The notes beneath the pieces were generated by a model. It was not told the DNA's origin. It made no database searches and worked only from the letters and a program-made list of their open reading frames with translations. DNA of 32,000 nt from contig NC_010503.1 in the NCBI RefSeq assembly GCF_000019345.1, positions 210,001 to 242,000 on the forward strand. The letters run 5' to 3'. Below are positions 1 through 8,020 of the stretch, in pieces. Source of the DNA: Ureaplasma parvum serovar 3 str. ATCC 27815. GTDB lineage: Bacteria; Bacillota_I; Bacilli_A; Mycoplasmatales; Mycoplasmoidaceae. The position numbers and the translations under genes were made by a program. The stretch's first letter is position 1, and each line of letters opens with the position of its first letter.

Positions 1-163
1 CGTTTTGAATTTTATTAATTGTTATTTTATTTGCAATCACTTCATCCTTTTTAGTTGATTCTGGTGTTGATGGGTTTTCTGGTACTGGTGTAGAGTTTTG
101 ATTAGGAACTTGTTCAAAAGTTACTGTTTGATAATTTAAATTATAATTTATATTAACTTTAAT
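1..163 (-). pseudogene. 5'-truncated copy (C-terminal module only) of the lipoprotein family represented by 417..1916; continues past the left window edge
   Basis: The minus-strand frame is open from 163 to 1: IKVNINYNLNYQTVTFEQVPNQNSTPVPENPSTPESTKKDEVIANKITINKIQN... An in-frame TAA lies at 164..166 directly upstream. There is no ATG, RBS or signal peptide. The NLNYQTVTFEQVP block is nucleotide-identical to 825..863 of the full-length gene. Confidence 0.6.
96..144. repeat. Left arm of an inverted repeat (partner 823..871)
   Basis: The reverse complement of 96..144 is ataatttaaattatcaaacagtaacttttgaacaagttcctAatcaaaa. It matches 823..871 at 48 of 49 positions, and 104..144 versus 823..863 is a perfect 41-nt match. 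It contains the 10-bp perfect palindrome AATTTAAATT at 133..142. Confidence 0.9.
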
Positions 164-164
164 T

Positions 165-184
165 TATATATATATATATATATA
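165..184. repeat. (TA)10 dinucleotide microsatellite
   Basis: Direct reading gives ten consecutive TA units. They are flanked by inverted TTAACT (153..158) and AGTTAA (190..195) hexamers. Confidence 0.97.
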
Positions 185-227
185 GAAGTAGTTAACTCCA
201 AAAATGATAAATTTATATAATATTGTT

Positions 228-256
228 TTGACAATAATTAAATAAAATTGTAAAAT
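228..256 (+). promoter_or_regulatory. Candidate sigma-70-type promoter of the lipoprotein gene (TTGACA, 17 nt, TAAAAT)
   Basis: A perfect -35 hexamer TTGACA lies at 228..233, followed by a 17-nt spacer and then TAAAAT at 251..256. It sits about 160 nt upstream of the ATG at 417. The call rests on sequence pattern only. Confidence 0.5.
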
Positions 257-262
257 AAATTA

Positions 263-292
263 GTAAATGTGCTAATGCATTTACAGTTTTTA
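263..292 (+). promoter_or_regulatory. Terminator-like stem-loop in the lipoprotein leader (orphan copy of the rpoC terminator hairpin)
   Basis: GTAAATG (263..269) pairs with CATTTAC (278..284) and is followed by AGTTTTTA. The sequence is related to the hairpin at 23928..23965 (shared GTA.ATGTGCTAA...CATTTAC.GTTTT). Confidence 0.45.
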
Positions 293-416
293 TGTGTCTT
301 AAAATAAATTATATAAATAAAATTGTTTTATGTACAATATACAATGTTCTTTTTAAATTTTTACAATTAGAATAATTTAAATAACAAAAATTAATCTATT
401 AGGAGATTATATATAA

Positions 417-1916
417 ATGAAATTATTAAAAAACAAAAAATTTTGAGCAATGTCATTAAGTGCGATTGCAATTAGTACAAGTATAGTTGCGTTCGCAGCT
501 TCTTGTTCAAATACAAATATTAAATCTAAGTTAAGCAAGCAATTAGCACAAACAAAAGATCAAAAAAACCATTTTGCTGTTTATGAAATTGAAAATTATA
601 CTAAACTAACAGATGAAGAAAAGAAGTCATTAGAAAATCTTGAGTTTGGTGTTTCTATTTTGGATAAAGATGGTAAAAATCCAATAAATATTAAAGTTAA
701 AGGAGTTCAAAAAGAAGGTAAGATTTACGTTAAATTGCCACGCAAACCAGAAGTAAATGAAAAATTACTTGTTGTACCAACTAAAAATATTTTAAAAACA
801 GAAGCATTAGTTTTAAATAATGATAATTTAAATTATCAAACAGTAACTTTTGAACAAGTTCCTGATCAAAAATTAGAACCAAAAGAAGAAAAACAAACTA
901 AAGCTGTTGATTATGAAAAAGCAATTAAAGATGAAGATTATGTAAAACAAATTACATTATCTAATTTAGAAAAATATATTAGTAATGAGTATCAATATTT
1001 AAATCCAAATAATAAAACACTAGATTATAAAAATCATAGTTTTGTTCAAAAGTTTTTAGACGAAATTGATCTTTTAGCACAAAAATTAGAAAGCAACGAC
1101 CTTAATTTAGAAGATAAACAAATTTATGAAAAAATTATTTTAGGATTACGTTGATTGCTAGCAGAAGATAATAATGAAACTAAAAATAAAGCTTTAGAAT
1201 TATTTAAAGATTACTTTACAACAATCATGAAAGCAACAAAAGTAAATGATAAAGTTCATTATGATCCAAGTTTTATTAATGAATTTTATGGTTCAATAAG
1301 CAATTTGTTTGAAGAGCATGATTTAGAGCCATCAGTGGAAATTGAATCTAATAAAATCCGTATTGTTAAAGAAGATAAAGATGTAATAAAAGACAAAACA
1401 GTTACTGCAACATTTAATTTATACAATGGCTTTGACTGATCAACATTATTAAAAGATGTTGTATTTAAAGAATATAAGAAAGATAGTAATGGTAAACCAG
1501 TAATAGATGAAAAAACAAAAATGCCAATTGAAACTGATAAAATAGTTGAAGATCCTGTAGTAATGCGTTTAGAAATTGCTGAATATCCAAAAGATTGAAA
1601 CACTAGCAAAGAAAATCCTAAAAACTTTTCATATATTAACTTTAAAAAATCAGAAGTTTTAAAATCACCAAAATTAGTGTTTACTAAGGTATTTAATTTA
1701 GATAAAGAACAAAAATATCATATTAACAATGTAATGTTCAGCCATAAATTAATTCCCAATTTATTGAAAGCATTGGATATAAAAAACAATACAACTAATG
1801 CCGAATTAATTAAAAAAATTAAAGAAAATATGACTGCTATTGATGAAAAAACACAAACAAATTTAAATACAAATTACATTCCTTTGTCACTTACAGAAAC
1901 AAATAATAAAAAATAA
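417..1916 (+). CDS. Putative surface lipoprotein, full-length family member (499 aa)
   Basis: The ATG at 417 is preceded by AGGAGA (401..406). Track ORFs 450..1154, 1155..1439 and 1677..1916 are in one frame and join through in-frame TGA codons at 444, 1152, 1437 and 1596. The N-terminus MKLLKNKKFWAMSLSAIAISTSIVAFAASC has a basic n-region, a hydrophobic core and a lipobox-like AAS-C. The stop is TAA at 1914..1916. Confidence 0.85.
823..871. repeat. Right arm of the inverted repeat (partner 96..144), inside the lipoprotein CDS
   Basis: See 96..144. Both arms are read in the same codon phase as NLNYQTVTFEQVP. The palindrome AATTTAAATT lies at 825..834. Confidence 0.9.
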
Positions 1917-1923
1917 TTAATAT

Positions 1924-1967
1924 AAAAAACTCTAGTTAGTATCTTTAAAATAACACTAGAGTTTTTT
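1924..1967. terminator. Bidirectional rho-independent terminator between convergent genes
   Basis: AAAAAACTCTAGT (1924..1936) pairs with ACTAGAGTTTTTT (1955..1967). An A-tract upstream and a T-tract downstream allow it to work on both strands. It lies between the stop at 1916 (+) and the stop at 1971 (-). Confidence 0.75.
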
Positions 1968-1970
1968 ATA

Positions 1971-4043
1971 TTAACTTAAAATTAAATTTTTCATTTTAGC
2001 TTCATCAATAAGTTTTTTAATAAAATATTCAACAGCAATCATAGCACGGACATCATTTTCGCAATAAATACGAGCGTCATGTACAAATTGTTCTCATTCT
2101 AGATCAGTAATTGTATTGAAAAAACGTTTTGTTGTTTTTGTTTGACAAACCAAACCATTACCCACACTTAGTTCTTTGTAGTTTAAACAATTAACATCGT
2201 GATAAATTTGTGGAAATTCTTTTTCAATAATTGGTAAGACTTTTTTAATTGAATAAAAACCTTTTAATTCAGGAATTACAATTAATTGCTTTCCCATTGA
2301 AACTATAAAAAAATCAGCTAAATCATACATGTTTTTAATTATTTCGCTAACCTTTAATTCATATATTTCTTCATTAATGAATTCAGCCATTTCTTTAAGA
2401 CGCGAAGCTTCAAAAGATTTGTTGTATACAATATATGAATATTCTAATCCCTGGTGAATTTTATCAATAATTGCTTTAAACCATTCATTATTAATTTCAC
2501 GTGGATCAATAATCATATTAGTGCATTTTAAATTTTTAATATCACAACTTCCATCATCAATAATAATAGAATTTTGTGTAACAGTTTGGGTAAAAGGAAA
2601 CGAATTATCAACAGCGCGAATTGCTGAATTAATTGATTCAAAATCAAAATAAACCTTTTTTGATTTCAATTTAGCAAATAAATCAACAGCAGCTTGATAG
2701 ATCTTTATTTGATTATTTTTATATAAATTAAAAAAGGTTTGATTAGCATATGTTTTTAAAATATCAATCCCTAATATATCTTTAGTAACATTATCTAAAC
2801 CAAATTTTTTAATTGTTAAAATTTTTCCACTATATTTAATAACATCATATCCGCTATATGCGTATAAATTTCTTAATTCTAATCAAAAATCATTATCCTT
2901 ATAGTCACCCTTATCATTATATGATGGTATAAAATAGTTAGGAATTCTTTGTTCGATAGGCAAAGCTAATAAATTTTGTTTATGAACTAATAATTCGCTG
3001 ATTACTTCATCAAAATCATTGTGTAATTTTTCAATGCCTTTAATTAATTCATCCATGGTTTTATTAAAACGTACATCATCTTTTAAATCTTCTGTTTTGT
3101 AATCATAAATTTTTTTGGCTTCCTTATAATCATTTATGCTACTATAGGTTCCATCGATTAAATCATCTATTAAAATACCTTTACAATGATCATAAGCATC
3201 AATATCTTCATAATATTTTTTATTTTCGTCTTTTTTTAAATAAATTGCTTCTCCACGCTTACGTTTACGTTTTAATTCATTAATTTCAAATTTATTAAAT
3301 TGATTTGCAGCACTTGGTGGTAAAGATAAAACTACGCTTTTTTGATAATTATAATAAGGAGAAATTGTAAAATTTACTTGATTTTTTTTTAATTTAACAT
3401 AATCAACAATGCACATTTGATAACTTATACATTTATTTATAAAATAAGGGTGTTTTGAGATAACTTGTGCTTGGTAAAATACATCTAAAATATGGTGTTT
3501 TTTAATTGAACTTGTCCCTTTTGTTTCGATAACAATAAATTCATCGTTCTTTTTGATAAAACAATCGGGTTTAGTAATTAATTTATCATTAATAAAAACA
3601 GGTTGAAAAAAAATGATTTTATCATTTTTATCAATTAATTCTAAAGTTAAATTAGCAAGCTCTTCTAATGATTTGTTTTTAAATAAAGGATCAGTTTCGA
3701 AATTAATAATTTTCTTAATGTAATGATAAGTTTTTTTAATATCTTCTTGTGATGCTTTATCTAATAAAATACCTTCAGCAATTTTAGGATTGTCCACATC
3801 TATATTTTTATTAATTTCTAATTGTGAAAGAAAATCAGTTTGTTCCTTATAAATTTCATATGCATCAATTTCATAATCATGTTCTTCTTCATCATCTAAA
3901 TCCTCAAAATCATAAGAACTAACATTTTTTAACAATAAGTCGATTTTAGCTTTAATCTCAGCATTAGTGAAAAACCACATTGCTTTTTGCTTTGTATAAT
4001 AACCAATGTAATCATATTTAGTAATGTATTTCCCTGTGCGCAT
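1971..4043 (-). CDS. DUF2779-type protein: N-terminal PD-(D/E)xK-like nuclease region plus C-terminal DEDDy-like exonuclease-like region (690 aa)
   Basis: Track ORFs 2883..4055 and 2094..2669 are in one frame. I translated 2670..2882 and 1971..2093 by hand and found them open, with only TGA codons at 2883 and 2094. The ATG at 4043 follows GAGG by 6 nt (the track start at 4055 is a GTG). Motifs: KPDCF...FIVIETKG...YQAQ in the N-terminal half; VYFDFES (DxE), YNKSFE and IYCENDVRAM (Y-x3-D) in the C-terminal half. The stop is TAA at 1971..1973. Confidence 0.8.
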
Positions 4044-4076
4044 TGATAACCTCACTTTATAACATTAATTATATAT

Positions 4077-4117
4077 AAAAAAATAATGTTCAATAAACGA
4101 ACATTATTTAAAAAAAC
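4077..4117 (-). terminator. Rho-independent terminator after the HAD phosphatase gene
   Basis: AAATAATGTTC (4081..4091) pairs with GAACATTATTT (4099..4109) around a 7-nt loop. On the minus strand the hairpin is followed by a T-run. Confidence 0.7.
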
Positions 4118-4118
4118 T

Positions 4119-4994
4119 TTATTTATTTTCATTTAAAACATATTCTAATTCTCAAACAACACCATTTTCTACGTTTGTGTGTTTAGTAATGTGACGTGCT
4201 AGTAATTTAGCGGGACGTGTACCATTTTTCATGGCAAAGCCATATCCAGCATGGTTTAGCATTGTCAAATCATTTTCACCATCGCCGAAAGCTATACAAC
4301 GATCTAATGGAATTCCATAATATGAGGATAAATAGCGCATAGCCATTGCTTTATCAGCAAATGATGAATTAATTTCAATAACTTCAAATTGGTCATCAAC
4401 CCTCGCTGATCAGCTACGAACCGCTAAAGTGGGAGCAATTTGTTTAATATGATAAACCATAGAATCAAATAAAGCTTTATCGTTGACATTTAATAAAAGG
4501 GCATTAGCATCTCTAATAAGGTTGTTAATATCATTTTCCTTAGTCAATTTATTTTTTTCATTCATATCACGAATGGGCACGTGAAATATATCAATAAATG
4601 ATTTTCAAATATTTAAATCCATATTACTGTTTAAAATGGTAGCAACATTATCAGCTTCAACAACAGCATTAACAATATTTTTAGCAATAAATCGATTTTT
4701 TAAAATTGCGCTTACAATATCTTTACTAAATGTCATATTAATTGGCGCGAATTTTTTATCGGAAGGGTTTGAAATATAAGAGCCATTATAATTAGCCATT
4801 AAAGTTGTTAATCCTAATTTTTCATAAATATGGATTGATCCACGTAAGGGACGACCTGTTACAATACAGAAAATATGGCCTTGATTGATGATTTTTTTAA
4901 TTCCCTCAATTGTTTTTTCTGATATATCACTATCATTATTTAAAAGTGTTCCATCTAGATCACAAGCAATTAAATATTTGTTGTTTTTTCCCAT
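4119..4994 (-). CDS. Cof-type HAD-IIB family phosphatase (291 aa)
   Basis: Track ORFs 4605..4994 and 4152..4346 are in one frame. I translated the gap by hand; it is open, with TGA codons at 4605, 4410 and 4152. Motifs: motif I ACDLDGTLL, motif IV FGDGENDLTML. The RBS is GAGG and the stop is TAA at 4119..4121. Confidence 0.9.
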
Positions 4995-5019
4995 TAATTT
5001 TTTACCTCATTATATACTA

Positions 5020-6021
5020 TTATTTTAGTTGCATATGTTTTAAAACTAGTTGTACATTTTGATAAGCAATATCGTTAGCACGCTCGCAACTATTGTCTAT
5101 CATTATATCTAATTCTGGACTATTTAATCAATAAGAAATTTTTTGTTGCAGCTTTTCTAAAAAATCAGCAACGATATTGGCTAAATCATTTTTAAAAACA
5201 CCATAGTTTTGTTGTTGGTATTTTAGTTCGATTTCTTTAAAGCTTAGATTTGTTAAACAAGCATAAATTGTCATTAAATTACTTACTCCTGGTTGTAATG
5301 TTAAATCATATTTAACTTTGTTTAAATTATCTGTTAAAGCTCCTTTAATTTTTTTAAAAATTATATCCTTTGAATCATTTAAAAAAATCACACCCTTAAG
5401 GTTTTTAGAAGATTTTGACATTTTAATATTAGGATCTAATAAATCCATAATTTTTGCCCCTATTTTAGGAATATAAACTTGAGGCAATTTAAAAGTATTA
5501 CCATATCTTTTATTAAAACGGTCAGCAAGCGTTCTTGTTAATTCCAAATGTTGTTTTTGATCTTGGCCAACAGGAACAACATCTGCATTAAAAGTTAAAA
5601 TATCTGCTGCCATTAATGTGGGATATGTTAATAAACCAGAAGGAATCATTTCAGTGTTATTAGCCATCTTTGTTGCTTTAATACTTTTATCTTTAAATTG
5701 TGTCATACGCGTTAGTTCACCAATACTTGTTGAACATAATAATATGTGAGCTAATAATGGAATCGATAAGATATCTGATTGGTAAAATAGACATGTTTTT
5801 TTAGGATCAATACCAGCAGCTAAATATGTCGCGATAATCTGACGTTTAGTAGTAGAAAAATCAGTGTTATCAAAAATATTTGGTGTTAAGGAATGTAAAT
5901 CCGCAACAAATAAAAACACTTCATAATCATCTTGTAAATCAACAAAGTTTTTAATTGCACCTAAATAATTTCCTAATGTTAAATTATTAGTTGGTTGAAT
6001 TCCTGAAATTAGTCTTTTCAT
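5020..6021 (-). CDS. trpS: Tryptophan--tRNA ligase (333 aa)
   Basis: MKRLISGIQPTNNLTLGNYLGAI shows the class I HIGH-region context and KMSKS is present. The track ORF 5128..6021 extends through the TGA at 5128 to TAA at 5020..5022 (hand translated). Confidence 0.95.
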
Positions 6022-6145
6022 AATGTTTTATTTTACCTTACTTAAACGTTAATACAATTAAACATTTAAAATTAATGTTTTTTTTGTATACTTAATTATT
6101 ATATAAGTAAAATTGTAATTATAAGAAGATAAAAATAAAAGGAAT

Positions 6146-6532
6146 ATGATTTACGTTTTATACAGTCCTAATTGCGCAGTGTGTAAAAAAGTTGTGCGAT
6201 TTTTCCGAAATAATCAAATTGAAATTACCAAAATTATTATTGGTGAAGATAAAATAGAACGTTCTATGTTGTTAGATATTTTATCTCTTTGTGAAGATGG
6301 CTTTGGAACAATTATATCTTTTAAGACAGAATCTTCAAAACGCTTGAATATTACTTCAAAAACTTTTTTAGATTTATCTACAAAAGAATTATTAAATTTA
6401 ATTCAAAATGATTTAAATTTAATTCGTCGCCCTTTAATCTATCAAACAAAAAACAATCGACCATATCGTTTACAAATTGGTTATGATTCAGAAGAAATTG
6501 AAATTTTTAAACGAGCAGTGCATGAAAAATAA
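6146..6532 (+). CDS. spx: Spx/ArsC-family redox-sensing regulator-like protein (128 aa)
   Basis: An N-terminal C-x-x-C (CAVC at residues 10-13) and an LIRRPLI motif are typical of Spx/ArsC-fold proteins. Confidence 0.8.
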   Translation: MIYVLYSPNCAVCKKVVRFFRNNQIEITKIIIGEDKIERSMLLDILSLCEDGFGTIISFKTESSKRLNITSKTFLDLSTKELLNLIQNDLNLIRRPLIYQTKNNRPYRLQIGYDSEEIEIFKRAVHEK

Positions 6533-7334
6533 TAAGCCAATTTGTTTTTATGATATCTATTGTTTTAAACCACAAGAATGTTTTAAAAGAAATGATATTA
6601 ATTTGTTAGAAGATAAACTAAAAAGATATTCAAAAATAACATTTTTACGAAATAAAGAAAATCCTGAAATTATTTTTTTATTAGGTGGAGATGGATCGTT
6701 TATCAATTTTATTAACCAACAATGAAAAAAAAATGTAAAAATTGTTGGCATTAATTATGGACAATTAGGTTTTTATAGTTCATATGATAGTATTAAAACT
6801 ATAAATTTAGACGAAATTATTGATGAAAATATGTATTATAATCCTTTATTACTTAAAGTAAGTATTAATAACCAAAATTTTTTTTATTGTTTGAATGAGT
6901 TAAGTTTATTTTCTAATGAGTTAGTGTCTTTTGATATTAGCATAAATGATTATCCATATGAAAAATTTCGTGGCTCTGGTTTGTTATTTGTAACACCAAG
7001 CGGATCAACTGGCAAAAACAAAACAGCTTTTGGTCCCATTATTTTTAATAATCATGAGAATTTTATTATGACAGAGATTTTTCCTGTTAATCATTTAAAA
7101 TATTCAAGTTTAAATGCCCCTGTGGTTTTTAGAAAAGATTATAAAATCAGTTTAACAAATATTAAATTTAAAAAATCTTTTAGTGTTGCTATTGATGGGA
7201 ATATCATTAATTTTAGCGATAAAATTAATGATATTAAAGTAGAAACAATCCAAGCTTCATCAAAAATTCATGGTTTAAATAATTTTAAGAAATACATTGA
7301 TAAATTAAACAAATCTTTTATTAAAGGAGAATAA
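6522..7334 (+). CDS. nadK: NAD kinase (270 aa)
   Basis: Track ORFs 6477..6725 and 6831..7334 are in one frame and join through the TGA at 6723. GGDGSF motif. The ATG at 6522 (MKNNKPICF) overlaps the spx stop by 11 nt. Confidence 0.88.
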
Positions 7335-7336
7335 AA

Positions 7337-7717
7337 ATGCAAAATTTAAATAATAAGCAAAAAACATTAATTATTTTTTTAGGTATTATTACCTTTGGAA
7401 TTTTTATTATTTACTTTTTTACAAAAGCTAAAAAAGTATCTCAAATTAGAAACACTCATTTAATAGTATCTTCAAATATTCCTTTTAGTTTAAATGATTT
7501 TTATAATTGTATTGGTTCAAAAAATAATTTAGTTAACGTTGATGCGACAATTAATACATTAAAAATTGAATTAAAAGAAATTAACGCATTGAATAATGAA
7601 AAATTAAAGGTTTTAGGTGCAAAAGGGATTATGTGCAATCAAACAAAAATTTCTATTATTTTTGGTGATTTTTGTTTGGAACTTAAAGAATTAATTAAAA
7701 AAGATTTATTTTCATAG
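7337..7717 (+). CDS. Membrane-anchored PTS EIIB(Glc)-like domain protein, active-site Cys absent (126 aa)
   Basis: RBS AAGGAG. There is an N-terminal TM helix (LIIFLGIITFGIFIIYFF). The C-terminal part, IGSKNNLVNVDATINTLKIELKE...LKVLGAKGI...ISIIFG, aligns with the EIIB signature [15 protein letters not shown]...LKKLGA.GV...QAIFG. Confidence 0.7.
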   Translation: MQNLNNKQKTLIIFLGIITFGIFIIYFFTKAKKVSQIRNTHLIVSSNIPFSLNDFYNCIGSKNNLVNVDATINTLKIELKEINALNNEKLKVLGAKGIMCNQTKISIIFGDFCLELKELIKKDLFS

Positions 7718-7797
7718 TATACTATATACTTAATTTGTTAATGTACATATACAAATATTATATTCATAAATTAGTTATTAAAGGACATTAAAAAAAT

Positions 7798-8019
7798 ATG
7801 TTAATTAAACCCGCGAAACGCAGTGAAAAAATTTATACAATTATTGCTATAAAAGATAGTGTTGTAACTTTAAAAAATGATTATCAAGACGAAAAAAATA
7901 TTCAAATTTACGAGTTTGATTTGCAGAATATTATTCCAGAAGTTGGTAAATTTATTAATCTAATTAAATACGATCAACAAGGTTGTTCAGTATTTGAAGA
8001 ATATGATAAAAACATTTAA
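7798..8019 (+). CDS. Hypothetical small protein (73 aa)
   Basis: The ORF is intact, with an AAAGGA RBS-like sequence upstream and an AT-rich promoter-like region. I recognise no motif. Confidence 0.5.
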   Translation: MLIKPAKRSEKIYTIIAIKDSVVTLKNDYQDEKNIQIYEFDLQNIIPEVGKFINLIKYDQQGCSVFEEYDKNI

Positions 8020-8020
8020 T

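Noticed and set aside
1286-1609. Antisense or alternative-frame ORFs inside strong CDSs: 1286..1609(-), 6557..6751(-), 14267..14500(-), 16573..16779(-), 17848..18063(-), 21864..22046(+), 22908..23090(-) and 30501..30734(-).
   Set aside because: Each lies wholly within a well-supported conserved gene (lipoprotein, nadK, pyk, rpoB, rpoC, metG). Their products are low-complexity Leu/Ile/Ser/Phe-rich sequences typical of the opposite strand of AT-rich coding DNA, and none has an RBS.
4044-4055. Track start codons GTG at 4055 (MRLSMRTGK...) and TTG at 25477 (MIRGRFMKT...).
   Set aside because: In both cases an ATG lies 4-6 codons downstream at an ideal distance from a GAGG/AGGGG Shine-Dalgarno sequence that would otherwise fall inside the ORF. 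I therefore annotated 4043 and 25459 as the starts.
6022-6145. Possible T-box riboswitch or terminator upstream of trpS. A hairpin AAACATT/AATGTTT at 6060..6080 is followed by T8.
   Set aside because: The intergenic region is only 124 nt. It shows no G/C-rich T-box core (GGGTGGTACCGCG-like) or specifier-loop architecture. The hairpin's T-run is on the plus strand, whereas trpS is on the minus strand. The stem is 7 bp with a single G-C pair, so it may well be chance in AT-rich DNA.
6725-6733. Homopolymer tracts as phase-variation sites: A9 in nadK (6725..6733), T9 in the DUF2779 gene (3382..3390), A8 runs in rpoB (near 16866 and 17024), and A6CA6/A6CA7 at the 5' ends of both lipoprotein genes.
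   Set aside because: Runs of 8-9 A or T are expected by composition in this genome, and most sit in essential housekeeping genes where frameshifting would be lethal. The lipoprotein tracts are interrupted and only 6-7 nt long. This was noted but not supported as a switch.
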